Positions 1 to 10,580 are shown, counted from the stretch's first letter. The stretch: DNA of 64,000 nucleotides from Terriglobia bacterium (GCA_965218585.1 CBDCLE010000009.1:96001-160000), one strand, 5' to 3'. Translations and numbers: made by a program. Notes: generated from the sequence alone by a model not told the origin.

Positions 1-1
1 T

Positions 2-628
2 CTGGGTGGTTTCTTCCGTCGCGGGAGTTCCTGGCGGACGGACTGGCCCAAGGCGGATAAGCAGTTCATGTTCGGCATCGACCGGCTTTCGAACGTCCGG
101 ATCGTACTGGAGAAAGACGTTGCGATTCCGATCATGGATCCGAACCTGTTCAGCTATCCGTTTCTCTATGCCGTGGAGGTTGGGTACATGGAGCTGACCC
201 AACCGGAGGCCGACCGGTTGCGGGAATACATGGAGCGTGGCGGGTTTCTAGTGGTGGATGACTTCTGGGGAACGTATGAATTCCAGAGTTTCAACCGCCA
301 GGCCAAGATGATTTTTCCGGACAGGGAGATCGAGCAACTCGAAATGTCGCACGAGATATTTCATTCCTTTTACGACATCGGAGAGATTCTTCAGGTGCCG
401 AACGTAAGGAACGGTTGCGGGCGTTACCAGACGCATGAGCAGGACGGTTTTACTCCATACGCGCTTGCGATCTTCGACGACCAGCGTCGACCGATGATGG
501 TGATCAATTACAACACGGATCTGGGGGACGCCTGGGAGTGGGCGGATCAACCGTGTTATCCCCATGAGTTTTCAGGGATGGCGTATCGAATGGGACTGAA
601 CTTCATCGTTTATTCGATGACACACTAG
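2..628 (+). CDS. DUF4159 domain-containing protein (5' partial)
   Basis: Frame is open from base 2 (LGGFFRRGSSWRTDWPKADKQF...). Motifs W.TD.P.AD, YPFLY, GGFLVVDDFWG, NTDLGDAWE and C-terminal G.N.IVY..TH. Confidence 0.85.
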   Translation: MGGFFRRGSSWRTDWPKADKQFMFGIDRLSNVRIVLEKDVAIPIMDPNLFSYPFLYAVEVGYMELTQPEADRLREYMERGGFLVVDDFWGTYEFQSFNRQAKMIFPDREIEQLEMSHEIFHSFYDIGEILQVPNVRNGCGRYQTHEQDGFTPYALAIFDDQRRPMMVINYNTDLGDAWEWADQPCYPHEFSGMAYRMGLNFIVYSMTH

Positions 629-677
629 TGGCCGATCGAGTTCTAATTCAACTTCTCAGCAGACGAAGCAAGGGTGA

Positions 678-2951
678 GTGACATCGATGACTTGGTTTGA
701 AACTTTCTTCAAATATCAGCCGATTGTCTATGAAAGAGGCACGTTAGGGTTTCAGCTTCTGGACAACCGGGCTTTCTTTGCCCTGTTCGTTATCGCTGCC
801 CTCGTCGGTGCCTATTTTCTGTACCGGACGCTTCAGACCCCACCCTCTTCGTTTGCGTCCTGGGGGATGGTTGCGCTTCGGGCAGGCACCTTCATCGTTC
901 TCATCTTCATCCTGATGCGCCCGGTCCTGAACATCTCTACGGTGCTGCCACAGGAGTCCTACCTCGCCGTGGTCATCGACAACTCCGAGAGTATGCAGAT
1001 CCAGGACAACGGCCAGGACAGCCGCGCCGATCTGATGATGGCCGAACTGGAATCCAGTGAGTTCTTTGCGAATCTGGCCGAGAGGTTTCGTCTCCGCGTC
1101 TACCGTTTCGATCAGGAAGCAGAACGCATAGACGATCTGGACCGAATGACGTTCAACGGAAATCGAACCCGCATGGAGAGCGCGATGGAGTTGCTCTATC
1201 AGGAGTTGGGAACGGTCCCTCTCTCCGGCATCGTTCTGATCACCGATGGCGTCGACAATTCTTCCGAGGAATGGACCGAATCCCTTTCCCGTATTCAGTC
1301 GCGAGGTATTCCGATTTACACGGTTGGAGTGGGCGAGGACGCGATCGAGCGTGACGTTGAGATCGTCCAGGCGACAACTCCCAGGGACAGCCTCAGCGAC
1401 TCGACGGCTGTCGCCGAGGTTTCGTACCGAAGCGAAGGCCTCGCCGGGCGTACTGCGACCTTGCAGGTCCGGGAGAATGGCGTACTCCTCAAGTCTGAAG
1501 AGGTCCGCCTTCCCCGCGACGGACAGATCGGAGAAACATCTGTTGACCTGCCTGTCACGAACGAAGGCTCGAGGGTTTTCGAGTTTTCAATCGAAGCGCC
1601 GGATGATCGCATCGAAGAGAACAATGCGCTCAGCACGCTCATCGAGGTTCGCAACGAGCAGCCCCAGATCCTCTACGTTGAAGGAGAACCGCGTTGGGAG
1701 TACCGCTTCCTCCGGCGTGCCCTCGAGGACGATCCGAACGTCCACGTGGTCACCCTGCTCCGGACGTCTCCCAACAAGTTCTACCGCCAGGGCATCGAGG
1801 ACGAAGAGACGTTGGCCGATGGTTTCCCGACGACCCGGGAAGAGCTGTTCCAGTACAAGGGTCTGATCCTTGGCAGCATCGAATCGACTTTCTTTACACA
1901 GGATCAATTGGAGATGATCGTCGATTTTGTCAGTGAGCGTGGCGGTGGCTTCATGATGCTGGGTGGGCGGAATTCCTTCAGTGAAGGACGCTATCAGAAC
2001 ACGCCGATCGCAGATATCCTGCCGGTCCGGCTCAGCGATGGCGAATCGGATTTCGTCGTCGAAAATATGGCTGTCCAGGTGTCCGATTACGGACGTTCTC
2101 ATCCTCTGATGAATCTGAACCCTGCCGAGGACGAAAACATAAGCGAGTGGGACGCGCTCCCGCCGTTGACCGAATACAACCGTGTCGACGAAGCGAAGGT
2201 CGGAGCGATCGTTCTGGCCAATGCCGAGTTGGAATCGGGAGGGCGTGACCGTCCGGTGTTGCTGGCATACCAACGATACGGTCGGGGCCGTGCAATGGCG
2301 TTCACTTCGTCGAGCAGTTGGCGCTGGCAGATGGAGATGGATCACGAGGACATGACCCATGAGATGTTCTGGCGCCAGATATTGCGTTGGCTGGTCACCG
2401 ACTCCCCGGATCCTGTCATGGCGAACTCGGAAAGAGACAGCTACGTGCCGGGCGAATCTGTCCGGCTGTTTGCGGATATATCCGATGCCAGTTTCGAACG
2501 GATGAATAACGCCGACGTTGTCGGGCGCGTGATCGATCCCGAAGGGAATTCCCAACCGGTACGCTTCGAGTGGACCGGGCTTCAGGATGGCACCTATCAG
2601 GCGTTGATGTCGGGGAGTACGCCGGGCATCTACACGGTCGAAGTCGATGCCAGTTTCGCCGGCGAAGACATCGGTAGTTACGAGAGTACGTTCCAGGTGC
2701 GTGACCGTCCGGTCGAGTTTTACGATGCGGCCCTGGACAGTCGTTTTCTCCAATCCGTGGCTGAGGATTCAGGGGGGCGCTACTACCCGCTGTCGGCTCT
2801 TGGAAACCTTCCAAACGACGCCGTCTATATAGACGGTGAGTCCTCGATCATTGAACAACGTGAGCTTTGGGACGTTCCCGTGTTGTTTCTGTTGCTGACC
2901 GCGCTCCTCGGAGGCGAATGGTTCTGGCGCAAGCAGAAAGGGTTGGCTTGA
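678..2951 (+). CDS. Membrane-anchored VWA + Ig-like + GATase1-like (DUF1355-type) protein
   Basis: Two N-terminal TM helices, MIDAS VIDNSES...LITDG, YVEGEPRWEYRFL, GGGFMMLGG, C-terminal TM EWFWRK. The start may be ATG 687. Confidence 0.8.
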   Translation: MTSMTWFETFFKYQPIVYERGTLGFQLLDNRAFFALFVIAALVGAYFLYRTLQTPPSSFASWGMVALRAGTFIVLIFILMRPVLNISTVLPQESYLAVVIDNSESMQIQDNGQDSRADLMMAELESSEFFANLAERFRLRVYRFDQEAERIDDLDRMTFNGNRTRMESAMELLYQELGTVPLSGIVLITDGVDNSSEEWTESLSRIQSRGIPIYTVGVGEDAIERDVEIVQATTPRDSLSDSTAVAEVSYRSEGLAGRTATLQVRENGVLLKSEEVRLPRDGQIGETSVDLPVTNEGSRVFEFSIEAPDDRIEENNALSTLIEVRNEQPQILYVEGEPRWEYRFLRRALEDDPNVHVVTLLRTSPNKFYRQGIEDEETLADGFPTTREELFQYKGLILGSIESTFFTQDQLEMIVDFVSERGGGFMMLGGRNSFSEGRYQNTPIADILPVRLSDGESDFVVENMAVQVSDYGRSHPLMNLNPAEDENISEWDALPPLTEYNRVDEAKVGAIVLANAELESGGRDRPVLLAYQRYGRGRAMAFTSSSSWRWQMEMDHEDMTHEMFWRQILRWLVTDSPDPVMANSERDSYVPGESVRLFADISDASFERMNNADVVGRVIDPEGNSQPVRFEWTGLQDGTYQALMSGSTPGIYTVEVDASFAGEDIGSYESTFQVRDRPVEFYDAALDSRFLQSVAEDSGGRYYPLSALGNLPNDAVYIDGESSIIEQRELWDVPVLFLLLTALLGGEWFWRKQKGLA

Positions 2952-3940
2952 TGGTTCGCCGGAGTTTGATGATCTGCGGGATCGTCCTTACCGGAGTGCT
3001 CCTGATTCCGGGCGCGGCCTGGGCCGACTCGGCAGCGCTGATTCTCGGGGGAGTCCCCGGAAGCCCCGTTCACGAGACGCGTTTTTCGGAATGGGCGGAG
3101 GCGACGCGGACCGCGATGATCGAGACGTTCGGATTCGATGAACAGAACGTGATCGTCCTCCAGAACCGGGAAGCGAGAGCAGACGATATTCGCAGTACGT
3201 TCGCCGACCTGGGAGGGCGACTTACTGCCGACGACACTTTCTTTCTGTTCTTCATCGGCCACGGAAGCTTTGACGGCAGAGAGTACAAGTTCAACACGAT
3301 GGGAGCCGACCTCACGGCAGCGGATTACAACGATCTGCTTTCCTCCATTGACGCCGGTCGATCCGTCATCGTGAACGCAACCAACTCCAGCGGTGCTGCC
3401 ATTGAACCCTTTGCCGCCCAGGGTCGTGTGATCGTAACTGCGACGCGAACGGGAACCGAGCGCAACGACACGATCTTCTACGACTATTTTCTCGAAGCGC
3501 TCGCTGACGTTGCCAGCGATGAAGACAAGAACGAACGCCTGTCGGTGTGGGAGGTCTTTCGCTACGCGACGCTCGCAGTGGAACGCTTCTACGAGGAACA
3601 GAACAGGCTGGCCACCGAACACCCGCAGATCTCAGACAACGGAAGAGAAAAAACGGGAGTCGATCCCGACGAAATGCCCGCTCTCGCCCGGTTGATTCAT
3701 TTCAACGCCGAGACCGGGATCGATGTGGCCGACCCCGTATTGCGAACATTGCTGGAAGAGAGGAACCAGCTCGAATCCGACATTGAAGCCCTGCGTTTGA
3801 TTTCCGACACCATGCCTCGCGAAGAGTACGAAGGCTGGATGGAAGAACTGTTGATCGAACTTGCCTTGAAAAACCAGGAAGCCCGGGCGCGGGAAGCCAG
3901 CATTGGGGAGTCGGAGCCTGAGCCGGCGGGGCCTAACTAA
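2951..3940 (+). CDS. Secreted caspase/peptidase C13-fold protein with C-terminal coiled coil
   Basis: ATG overlaps the upstream TGA. Signal peptide AWA|D, FFLFFIGHG catalytic-His strand, RVIVTAT, D.DKNERLSV.E motif. Confidence 0.7.
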   Translation: MVRRSLMICGIVLTGVLLIPGAAWADSAALILGGVPGSPVHETRFSEWAEATRTAMIETFGFDEQNVIVLQNREARADDIRSTFADLGGRLTADDTFFLFFIGHGSFDGREYKFNTMGADLTAADYNDLLSSIDAGRSVIVNATNSSGAAIEPFAAQGRVIVTATRTGTERNDTIFYDYFLEALADVASDEDKNERLSVWEVFRYATLAVERFYEEQNRLATEHPQISDNGREKTGVDPDEMPALARLIHFNAETGIDVADPVLRTLLEERNQLESDIEALRLISDTMPREEYEGWMEELLIELALKNQEARAREASIGESEPEPAGPN

Positions 3941-6483
3941 TGACAGATTTGAGAAATCACGGATCCTTCGTCTTCCTTCGGGTACTGATTCCATTGCTCG
4001 TCACCAGTTGCGGAGCCCTGGGCCAGTCCGACAACGCCGGACCCATGGAACGCGCACGCCGCGGGGAATATCGCGAGGCCGTGGGTGGCCTCGAATCAAT
4101 GGTCGAGTCCGGCAGTATGGCCTCGGACGTTGTCGACAGTTTGTATTACGCCTGGGTCCGGCAGGGCGAGTACGAAATGGCCCTCGAGCAGTTCGAGGAG
4201 CTCTCCGAAGCCAACCCCAATGCAGGCCCGATACGTCTGGGAGCCGCACGGGCCAACCGGCTCGTGGGGGACTACGAGCGGGCCCTTGAACACGTGGAAG
4301 GGATTCTCAACTTTGCCGACGTTGGTACGGCGGCGCAGAATGAAAAGGCCGGATTACTCGTCGATCTGGGACGCCGCGACGAGGCCAACCAGATATACAA
4401 CAATCTGATCCAGCGCTTCGAGAACGGTTTCATCGGACGCAATGACGAACTGGTCTATGTCGCTCGGGCGATGTGGGCCCTGGAGTTTTTCCACGATGCC
4501 AACGATGCGTTCCGGATCGTAACGCAGGCGAATCCGAGGGATGCCGAGTCGTTCCTGGCGTGGGGCGACCTGCTCGCCGAGAAATACAACGACCCGGAAG
4601 CTGTTGCCAGCTACCAGGACGCTCTTGGTATCGATCCGAACATGCCTCTGGCTCACCTGGGCATTGCGATAGTTCTGGCTGACGACGACCCCGAGCGCAG
4701 CCAGGCCTCGCTCGACCGCGCGCTCGAGGTCAATCCCAACCTCATCGAGGGCTACCTGCTGCGGGCGCGGCAGCGTATTGATGCTGAACAGTACGATGAT
4801 GCCGACGAAGAGACTGCCCGGGCAGTGGAGATCAACCCGCGATCGGCCGAGGCGCTTTCTCTGCTGGCTGCGACGAGCTATCTGAGGGGAGACGAAGCCG
4901 AGTTCGAAGGATATGTCGCCGAGGTGCTTCAGACCAATCCAGGCTACAGCGAAATGTATTACACGCTGGGCGAGTTGTGTGTGTCGGTTCGGCTGTATCA
5001 GCAGGCCGTGGAATTTGCCCGGCAGGCACTCGAACTGAATCCGAGAGACTGGAAGGCGATGAGCCTGCTCGGAATCAATCTGCTCCGCATTGGAGAAGAG
5101 GCCGAAGGGACTGCCGCACTCGAAGCCGCTTATGAAGGGGACGCGTTTAACGTCTGGACGGTCAACACCCTTACGTTGCTCGACAGCTTTACGAACTTCG
5201 ATCGCTTCGAGACCGAGCACTTCGAGATCAAGCTGCACAAGGAAGAGAGCGCGGCACTGGCACCATACGTTACTGAACTACTGGAAGAGGCCTGGGACAC
5301 TCTCAGCACAAAATACCGTTACGAGCCCGAACCCCCGATTACGTTCGAGATGTTCCCCGACCACGAGGACTTCGCGGTGCGAACGCTCGGTCTGCCGGGA
5401 CTGGGTGCGCTCGGAGTTGCGTTTGGAAAAGTTGTCGTGATGGACTCTCCATCGGCAAGGCCTCCGGAAGAGTTCAATTGGGGCGGGACGCTCTGGCACG
5501 AGTTTGCTCATGTCATCACGCTGGGAACGACCGACCACAAGATCCCCCGGTGGTTTTCAGAAGGCCTTTCCGTCTACGAGGAGAGGAAAGCCGTACCTGG
5601 CTGGGGCGACGATCTACAGATCGACTACCTGTCGGCGATCAACGACGATCAGTTTCTGCCGATTGCGGATTTGAACAACGGATTTGTGCGCCCGACGAAT
5701 CCGGGTCAGGTCATCCTTTCCTATTATCAGGCGTCCCTGGTCTGCGACTACATCGATGAAACCTACGGCTTCGATGCGATTCTCGAGATGCTCGCCGCGT
5801 ACAAGGATGGTCGAAATACGGAGGAAGTGTTTGAAGCAGCGCTGGGTGTCGGTCTCGGGGTTTTCGACAGAGAGTTTGCGGGTTGGGTGAGGGCTAAGGT
5901 TGCTTTCATAGATGTCGAACAGTTCCGGAATCTGACCCAAGAGGGCTTTGCGGCGTTCGAGGCCGGAAATCTGGGTGATGCCGTCGGGGCTCTGACCCGG
6001 GCGATCGAGCTATATCCGGAATACACGGCGCAGCAGAATCCCTACGAACTGCTTGCCGAGGTGTATATCCAGATGGGCGATAACGCTGGGGCGATCGAGA
6101 CACTCAGCCGGTTTGCGGCGCTTTCCGAGTACGCCTATGGCACCTACTTGCAGTTGGCTGGATTGATGCGGGAAACGGGTGACACCGAAGGTGCCGCCGA
6201 CATTCTCACCCGGGCCATGTACATTCACCCGATGGATCTGGAAGGTCACCGGGAGTTGGGTCAGGTATCGCTGGACGATGAGGATTTTGCTGTTGCAGCT
6301 CGGGAATACGAAGTGTTGCTGGCGCTGGACGTCCCGGATCTGGCAAATACTTATTTTAATCTCGCCTCTGCGCAATATGGCGCAGGCCAGGTGGCAGAGG
6401 CGCGTCGAAGCATCTTGCGATGTTTGGAAATTGCACCGTCTTTCGAAGCTGCGCAGGAGTTGTTACTGAGGATAGTGAGGTAA
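3940..6483 (+). CDS. TPR-repeat protein with peptidase MA-like (gluzincin) domain
   Basis: Many TPR repeats flank LWHEFAH...PRWFSEGLSVYEE. Possible lipobox LVTSC. Confidence 0.85.
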   Translation: MTDLRNHGSFVFLRVLIPLLVTSCGALGQSDNAGPMERARRGEYREAVGGLESMVESGSMASDVVDSLYYAWVRQGEYEMALEQFEELSEANPNAGPIRLGAARANRLVGDYERALEHVEGILNFADVGTAAQNEKAGLLVDLGRRDEANQIYNNLIQRFENGFIGRNDELVYVARAMWALEFFHDANDAFRIVTQANPRDAESFLAWGDLLAEKYNDPEAVASYQDALGIDPNMPLAHLGIAIVLADDDPERSQASLDRALEVNPNLIEGYLLRARQRIDAEQYDDADEETARAVEINPRSAEALSLLAATSYLRGDEAEFEGYVAEVLQTNPGYSEMYYTLGELCVSVRLYQQAVEFARQALELNPRDWKAMSLLGINLLRIGEEAEGTAALEAAYEGDAFNVWTVNTLTLLDSFTNFDRFETEHFEIKLHKEESAALAPYVTELLEEAWDTLSTKYRYEPEPPITFEMFPDHEDFAVRTLGLPGLGALGVAFGKVVVMDSPSARPPEEFNWGGTLWHEFAHVITLGTTDHKIPRWFSEGLSVYEERKAVPGWGDDLQIDYLSAINDDQFLPIADLNNGFVRPTNPGQVILSYYQASLVCDYIDETYGFDAILEMLAAYKDGRNTEEVFEAALGVGLGVFDREFAGWVRAKVAFIDVEQFRNLTQEGFAAFEAGNLGDAVGALTRAIELYPEYTAQQNPYELLAEVYIQMGDNAGAIETLSRFAALSEYAYGTYLQLAGLMRETGDTEGAADILTRAMYIHPMDLEGHRELGQVSLDDEDFAVAAREYEVLLALDVPDLANTYFNLASAQYGAGQVAEARRSILRCLEIAPSFEAAQELLLRIVR

Positions 6484-6487
6484 TTGA

Positions 6488-7513
6488 ATGTCAAGCGTTG
6501 AAGAAAAACAAGAACTCGAAACGGTAGAGAAGTTTCATTCCGACATCGCTGCAATCGATAAGGAGGTCCGAAAGATCATTGTCGGGCAGAAGGAAGCGGT
6601 GGACCAGGTACTGGTGTCGCTGCTTACCGGGGCAAACTCGATGATTACCGGGGTGCCCGGTTTGGCCAAGACACTCCTGATCCAGACCGTGGCGCAGGTG
6701 TTGCATCTGGATTTCAACCGGATCCAGTTCACACCCGACCTGATGCCGGCCGATATCACCGGGACGGAGATGATCGAAGAAGACCGGGCGACCGGTCGTC
6801 GTGAGCGTGTCTTCGTTAAGGGCCCGATCTTCGCGAACATCATCCTGGCGGACGAAATCAACAGGACGCCTCCCAAGACGCAGTCTGCGTTGCTGGAGGC
6901 CATGCAGGAAAGGTCGGTAACGGTTGAAGGCCAGACTTACGTATTGGATCAACCGTTTTATGTTCTGGCAACTCAGAACCCCATCGAGCTGGAAGGGACT
7001 TATCCGCTGCCGGAAGCGCAGTTAGACCGTTTCATGTTCAACATCATCATTGACTACCTCAGCGAGTCCGATGAAATCCAGGTTGTCAACCAGACAACAT
7101 CGCTGCGGGAAGTAACGTTCGAGAAGACGATCGGCGGTCCTGAAATTCTCGAGTTCCAACGCCTTGTGAGGAAAATGCCGGTTGCCGAGCCCTTGATGAA
7201 GTACGCGGTGCAACTGGCGCGAATGAGTCGCCCTAAGGGTGAAGACGACATCCCGGATTTCATCAAGAAATATGTCAATTACGGCGCAAGTCTCCGTGCC
7301 TCGCAGTTCTTGATTCTCGGCAGCAAGGCCCTGGCCCTGATCAACGGGCGTTACAACGTGGCCGTTGAAGATATCCAGACATTGGCGTATCCGGTCTTCC
7401 GCCACCGCATCATTACGAATTTCCATGCGGAGTCGGAAGGGATCACGACTGAAGATATTGTGCGCCAGCTGCTCGAAGCGGTGCCGGTTCCTGAGTCTGG
7501 CATGAAAGAGTGA
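6488..7513 (+). CDS. moxR: MoxR-family AAA+ ATPase
   Basis: GVPGLAKT Walker A, RIQFTPDLMPADITG, ILADEINRTPPKTQSALLEAMQE, ATQNPIELEGTYPLPEAQLDRF. Confidence 0.95.
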   Translation: MSSVEEKQELETVEKFHSDIAAIDKEVRKIIVGQKEAVDQVLVSLLTGANSMITGVPGLAKTLLIQTVAQVLHLDFNRIQFTPDLMPADITGTEMIEEDRATGRRERVFVKGPIFANIILADEINRTPPKTQSALLEAMQERSVTVEGQTYVLDQPFYVLATQNPIELEGTYPLPEAQLDRFMFNIIIDYLSESDEIQVVNQTTSLREVTFEKTIGGPEILEFQRLVRKMPVAEPLMKYAVQLARMSRPKGEDDIPDFIKKYVNYGASLRASQFLILGSKALALINGRYNVAVEDIQTLAYPVFRHRIITNFHAESEGITTEDIVRQLLEAVPVPESGMKE

Positions 7514-7573
7514 GGTTGGTTAGCCCTCGGCCACTGGCCTTCGGCTGAGCCGATAGCTGAAACCTAAATAACC

Positions 7574-8488
7574 ATGAGTACAGCAGTAGCACCTGGACCG
7601 GTCAATCGCTTTATCGATCCGACCGTTCTGACGAAGATCCAGAACCTGGAGTTACTGGCACGCACGGTCGTTGAAGGCTTCGTGCAGGGTCTGCATAAGT
7701 CTCCGTTTCTGGGTTTCAGTGTCGATTTCGCGGAGTATCGCCAATATCAACCCGGAGATGAGATCCGGCGGATCGACTGGAAGGCCTTTGGGCGCCTGGA
7801 CCGGTTGTTCGTAAAACTTTTTGAAGGGGAAACCAACACCCACGTCCATTTCCTGATGGATTCGAGCGGTTCCATGGCTTACGGATCCGGGGAAGTGACC
7901 AAGATGGACTACGCCAAGTTTCTGACGGCGTCACTCATCTACTTCGCCTATCACCAGCGGGACGGAGTGGGCCTGGTAACTTTCGATGAGGAAGTAACGG
8001 GACACATTCCGGCAGGGCGGAGGAACGGCCAACTGTTCAGTCTTCTGGCAGAGATCGATCGGGTAGAAGCCAGCAAGGTGACCGAGTTTCGAAAACCGCT
8101 GGACTACATGTCGGAGTTCTTGAAGCGGCGTGGCATGGTCGTCATCGTTTCCGACTTCTATGACGAAGTAGAGAACATCGTCGCCAGCGTGAAACATCTT
8201 CGGGCAAAGGGCAACGACGTCATCATCTTTCACATTTTGGACGATTTTGAACTGAACTTCCCGTTCGACACGATGACCGAATTCGAAGATCTGGAAACTA
8301 CTAAGAAGTTGAATGTCATTCCGCAATACTTGAGGAAGGAGTATCTCCAACTGATCCAGGGGCACGTGGCGGCCCTCGAAAAGGAATTCGCTGCCCTGGG
8401 TGTGGACTACACCTTGATAAACAGCAGCAAGCCGTTGGACGTTGGACTGTTTTCGTATCTGGCCCGCAGGGCTAAGACGAAGAGTTGA
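7574..8488 (+). CDS. DUF58 domain VWA-like protein
   Basis: G.HKSPF.G.SVDFAEYRQYQPGDEIRRIDWK, DSSGSM MIDAS, VSDF. Typical gene following moxR. Confidence 0.92.
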   Translation: MSTAVAPGPVNRFIDPTVLTKIQNLELLARTVVEGFVQGLHKSPFLGFSVDFAEYRQYQPGDEIRRIDWKAFGRLDRLFVKLFEGETNTHVHFLMDSSGSMAYGSGEVTKMDYAKFLTASLIYFAYHQRDGVGLVTFDEEVTGHIPAGRRNGQLFSLLAEIDRVEASKVTEFRKPLDYMSEFLKRRGMVVIVSDFYDEVENIVASVKHLRAKGNDVIIFHILDDFELNFPFDTMTEFEDLETTKKLNVIPQYLRKEYLQLIQGHVAALEKEFAALGVDYTLINSSKPLDVGLFSYLARRAKTKS

Positions 8489-8501
8489 TAGTAGGAACAA
8501 T

Positions 8502-10580
8502 ATGTCGTTTTTGAACCCCTTATTTTTCATCGGTTCGCTTGTTCTGGCAGTTCCGATCCTTGTCCACCTGGTCAAGAGGGACAAGTCCGAAATTGTTCGC
8601 TTCAGTTCGTTGATGTTTCTGCTTCGAATTCCCAAGAAGGCGATTCGTCAACAAAAATTGAGGAACCTGTTGCTGATGGCGATGCGATTGTTGCTGATCG
8701 CGTTTCTCGTCGGCGCGTTCGCGCGTCCCTACCTTGTGCGTTCTGATGACGCTCTTGTTCCCGAGAGCGGGGATCAAGCCGTCGTCCTGTTGCTGGACAA
8801 TTCCTACAGCATGACCTACGGGACCAATTTCGAGCGCATGAAAGACGAGGCCATCAACCGGATCAACGCCCTCGCACCGGGAGAGCCTGCGGCAATCGTG
8901 TCCTTCAGCGACCGCGCTACGCTGCTGGCAAGTGCCACCGATGATCCGGTCGAGCTGAGGGCGTTGGTGGATGCCCTGGAGCCGACGTCCAACCGGACCA
9001 GCTACTATGAGGCGTTTACTCTGGCCGATCGGGTCCTGGCGCAATTGGCCGGGTTCGACCGTGAGTTGGTCGTCATATCGGACTTTCAGCGGAACGGTTG
9101 GAACCGGACATCACGTGAGAGCGTCATAGATGCGGATGTGAGGACCGAATTGGTCGATCTTGGGGTCGAGAATCCAGACAACGTCGGTATAGACAGCGTG
9201 GGTGTGGACTCCACGGTTTTCTCCCGGACGTACGAAGGGCAGCTGATGGCTCGAGTCAATAACCATGATCTGGCCAGGCCAGCAACCGTCAGCGTCGTTC
9301 TGGAAATCGACGATCGCGTCGTTGATCGCAGGGATGTGGCGATTCCCGCGGATTCGTCCGTACTGGCCGAATTTACAGGTTTTGATCTCCCGATGGGGTA
9401 TTCGCGGGGACGCGTCGAGATCGAAGATCCCGACCAGCTGGCCAGTGACAACAATTTTCGATTTGTGATTCTCCGACGGGACCGTCTGCGCGTGCTCATC
9501 GCTGACGCCGGCCGTTCCGAGCAGAGCTTCTTCCTGGAGCAGGCCTTTAATTCGGCGCCTGATCTTCCGTTTGAAATCGAGATTCGCCAGGCGAACAGCG
9601 TAACGCCTGCCGAACTCGAGAATTTTGAGGTCATCATTATCAACGACGTGCCTCAGTTGTCGGATGCAGTGACCGACAAGCTCGACGAGTTGCGCCGGAC
9701 CGAAGGTCAGGGACAACTCGTTTTTCTCGGAGAGAACGCGAACGTCGATTGGTGGAACACATACGCTTCGATGCCGGTAACTCTGGGGCCAAAGATTTTT
9801 GTCGAAAGTGATCGAGATCAGGCGTTCTATTCGCTGACCGATTACGAGAGAAGCCACGACGTCTTTTCTCCCCTGGAGGAAGGTGCCCGTTTGACGCTCA
9901 ACTCGGCCCGGTTCTTCGCTTTTTCCCAGATCGAACCGAAAGAGGGCGCGGTGGTCGCGGCCCAGTTTGAAGACGGGTCGTCGGCTATCGTGGATTCGAG
10001 TGTAGAGGATCCCGGATTGCTGGTCGTCGGCTCACCGGTTGACAACGTATGGAACGACCTCCCCCTGAACGTGTCGTTCCTGCCCCTCGTTCATGAAATG
10101 GTCCGGTATCTGGCGCGTTACAGCGACAGCAGTGCCTGGTACCAGTTGGGTGAGGCCGTCCCTGTAGTTGTTGGAGAGCAGGAAGACGTCGCGCTGATCG
10201 ATCCCAACGGCGACCGGATTACCCTGGCGGAAACGTCCACGACGGGTCGGAGGTTTTTTACTCCCGATCTGGCCGGATTTCATGAACTCCGCGTTGGACC
10301 GGAAACGACCCGCATAGCCGTGAATGCGCCGGCGAGTGAAAGCCTTTTGGAGCGTATGTTTCCAGACGATTTGATGGCCAGCGTACAACGTCTGGAAGGT
10401 GAGGTGAGTCGGGGAGCTTTGCTTGCCGAGGTCGATGGGAACGACTACGCCGAACGCCAGAATCTGTGGTGGTACCTTTTCTTGTTTGCACTTTTGTTGG
10501 GAATAGGTGAAATTTACGTAGGGAACCGTGTCACTGAAACCGTGAGCCAGCGATCTCCTGCTGCCAACGAAACCTCCTGA
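8502..10580 (+). CDS. BatA N-terminal double-TM + VWA domain protein
   Basis: MSFLNP...VPILVHL...FSSLMFL...RLLL...AFARP (BatA domain), LLDNSYSM MIDAS, ISDFQ, C-terminal LWWYL TM. Confidence 0.85.
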   Translation: MSFLNPLFFIGSLVLAVPILVHLVKRDKSEIVRFSSLMFLLRIPKKAIRQQKLRNLLLMAMRLLLIAFLVGAFARPYLVRSDDALVPESGDQAVVLLLDNSYSMTYGTNFERMKDEAINRINALAPGEPAAIVSFSDRATLLASATDDPVELRALVDALEPTSNRTSYYEAFTLADRVLAQLAGFDRELVVISDFQRNGWNRTSRESVIDADVRTELVDLGVENPDNVGIDSVGVDSTVFSRTYEGQLMARVNNHDLARPATVSVVLEIDDRVVDRRDVAIPADSSVLAEFTGFDLPMGYSRGRVEIEDPDQLASDNNFRFVILRRDRLRVLIADAGRSEQSFFLEQAFNSAPDLPFEIEIRQANSVTPAELENFEVIIINDVPQLSDAVTDKLDELRRTEGQGQLVFLGENANVDWWNTYASMPVTLGPKIFVESDRDQAFYSLTDYERSHDVFSPLEEGARLTLNSARFFAFSQIEPKEGAVVAAQFEDGSSAIVDSSVEDPGLLVVGSPVDNVWNDLPLNVSFLPLVHEMVRYLARYSDSSAWYQLGEAVPVVVGEQEDVALIDPNGDRITLAETSTTGRRFFTPDLAGFHELRVGPETTRIAVNAPASESLLERMFPDDLMASVQRLEGEVSRGALLAEVDGNDYAERQNLWWYLFLFALLLGIGEIYVGNRVTETVSQRSPAANETS

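Noticed and set aside
1587-2753. Long antisense ORFs (also 49370-51412, 28904-29857, 56293-57372, 61617-62570)
   Set aside because: They are shadows of well-supported genes on the other strand in GC-rich DNA and have no motifs.
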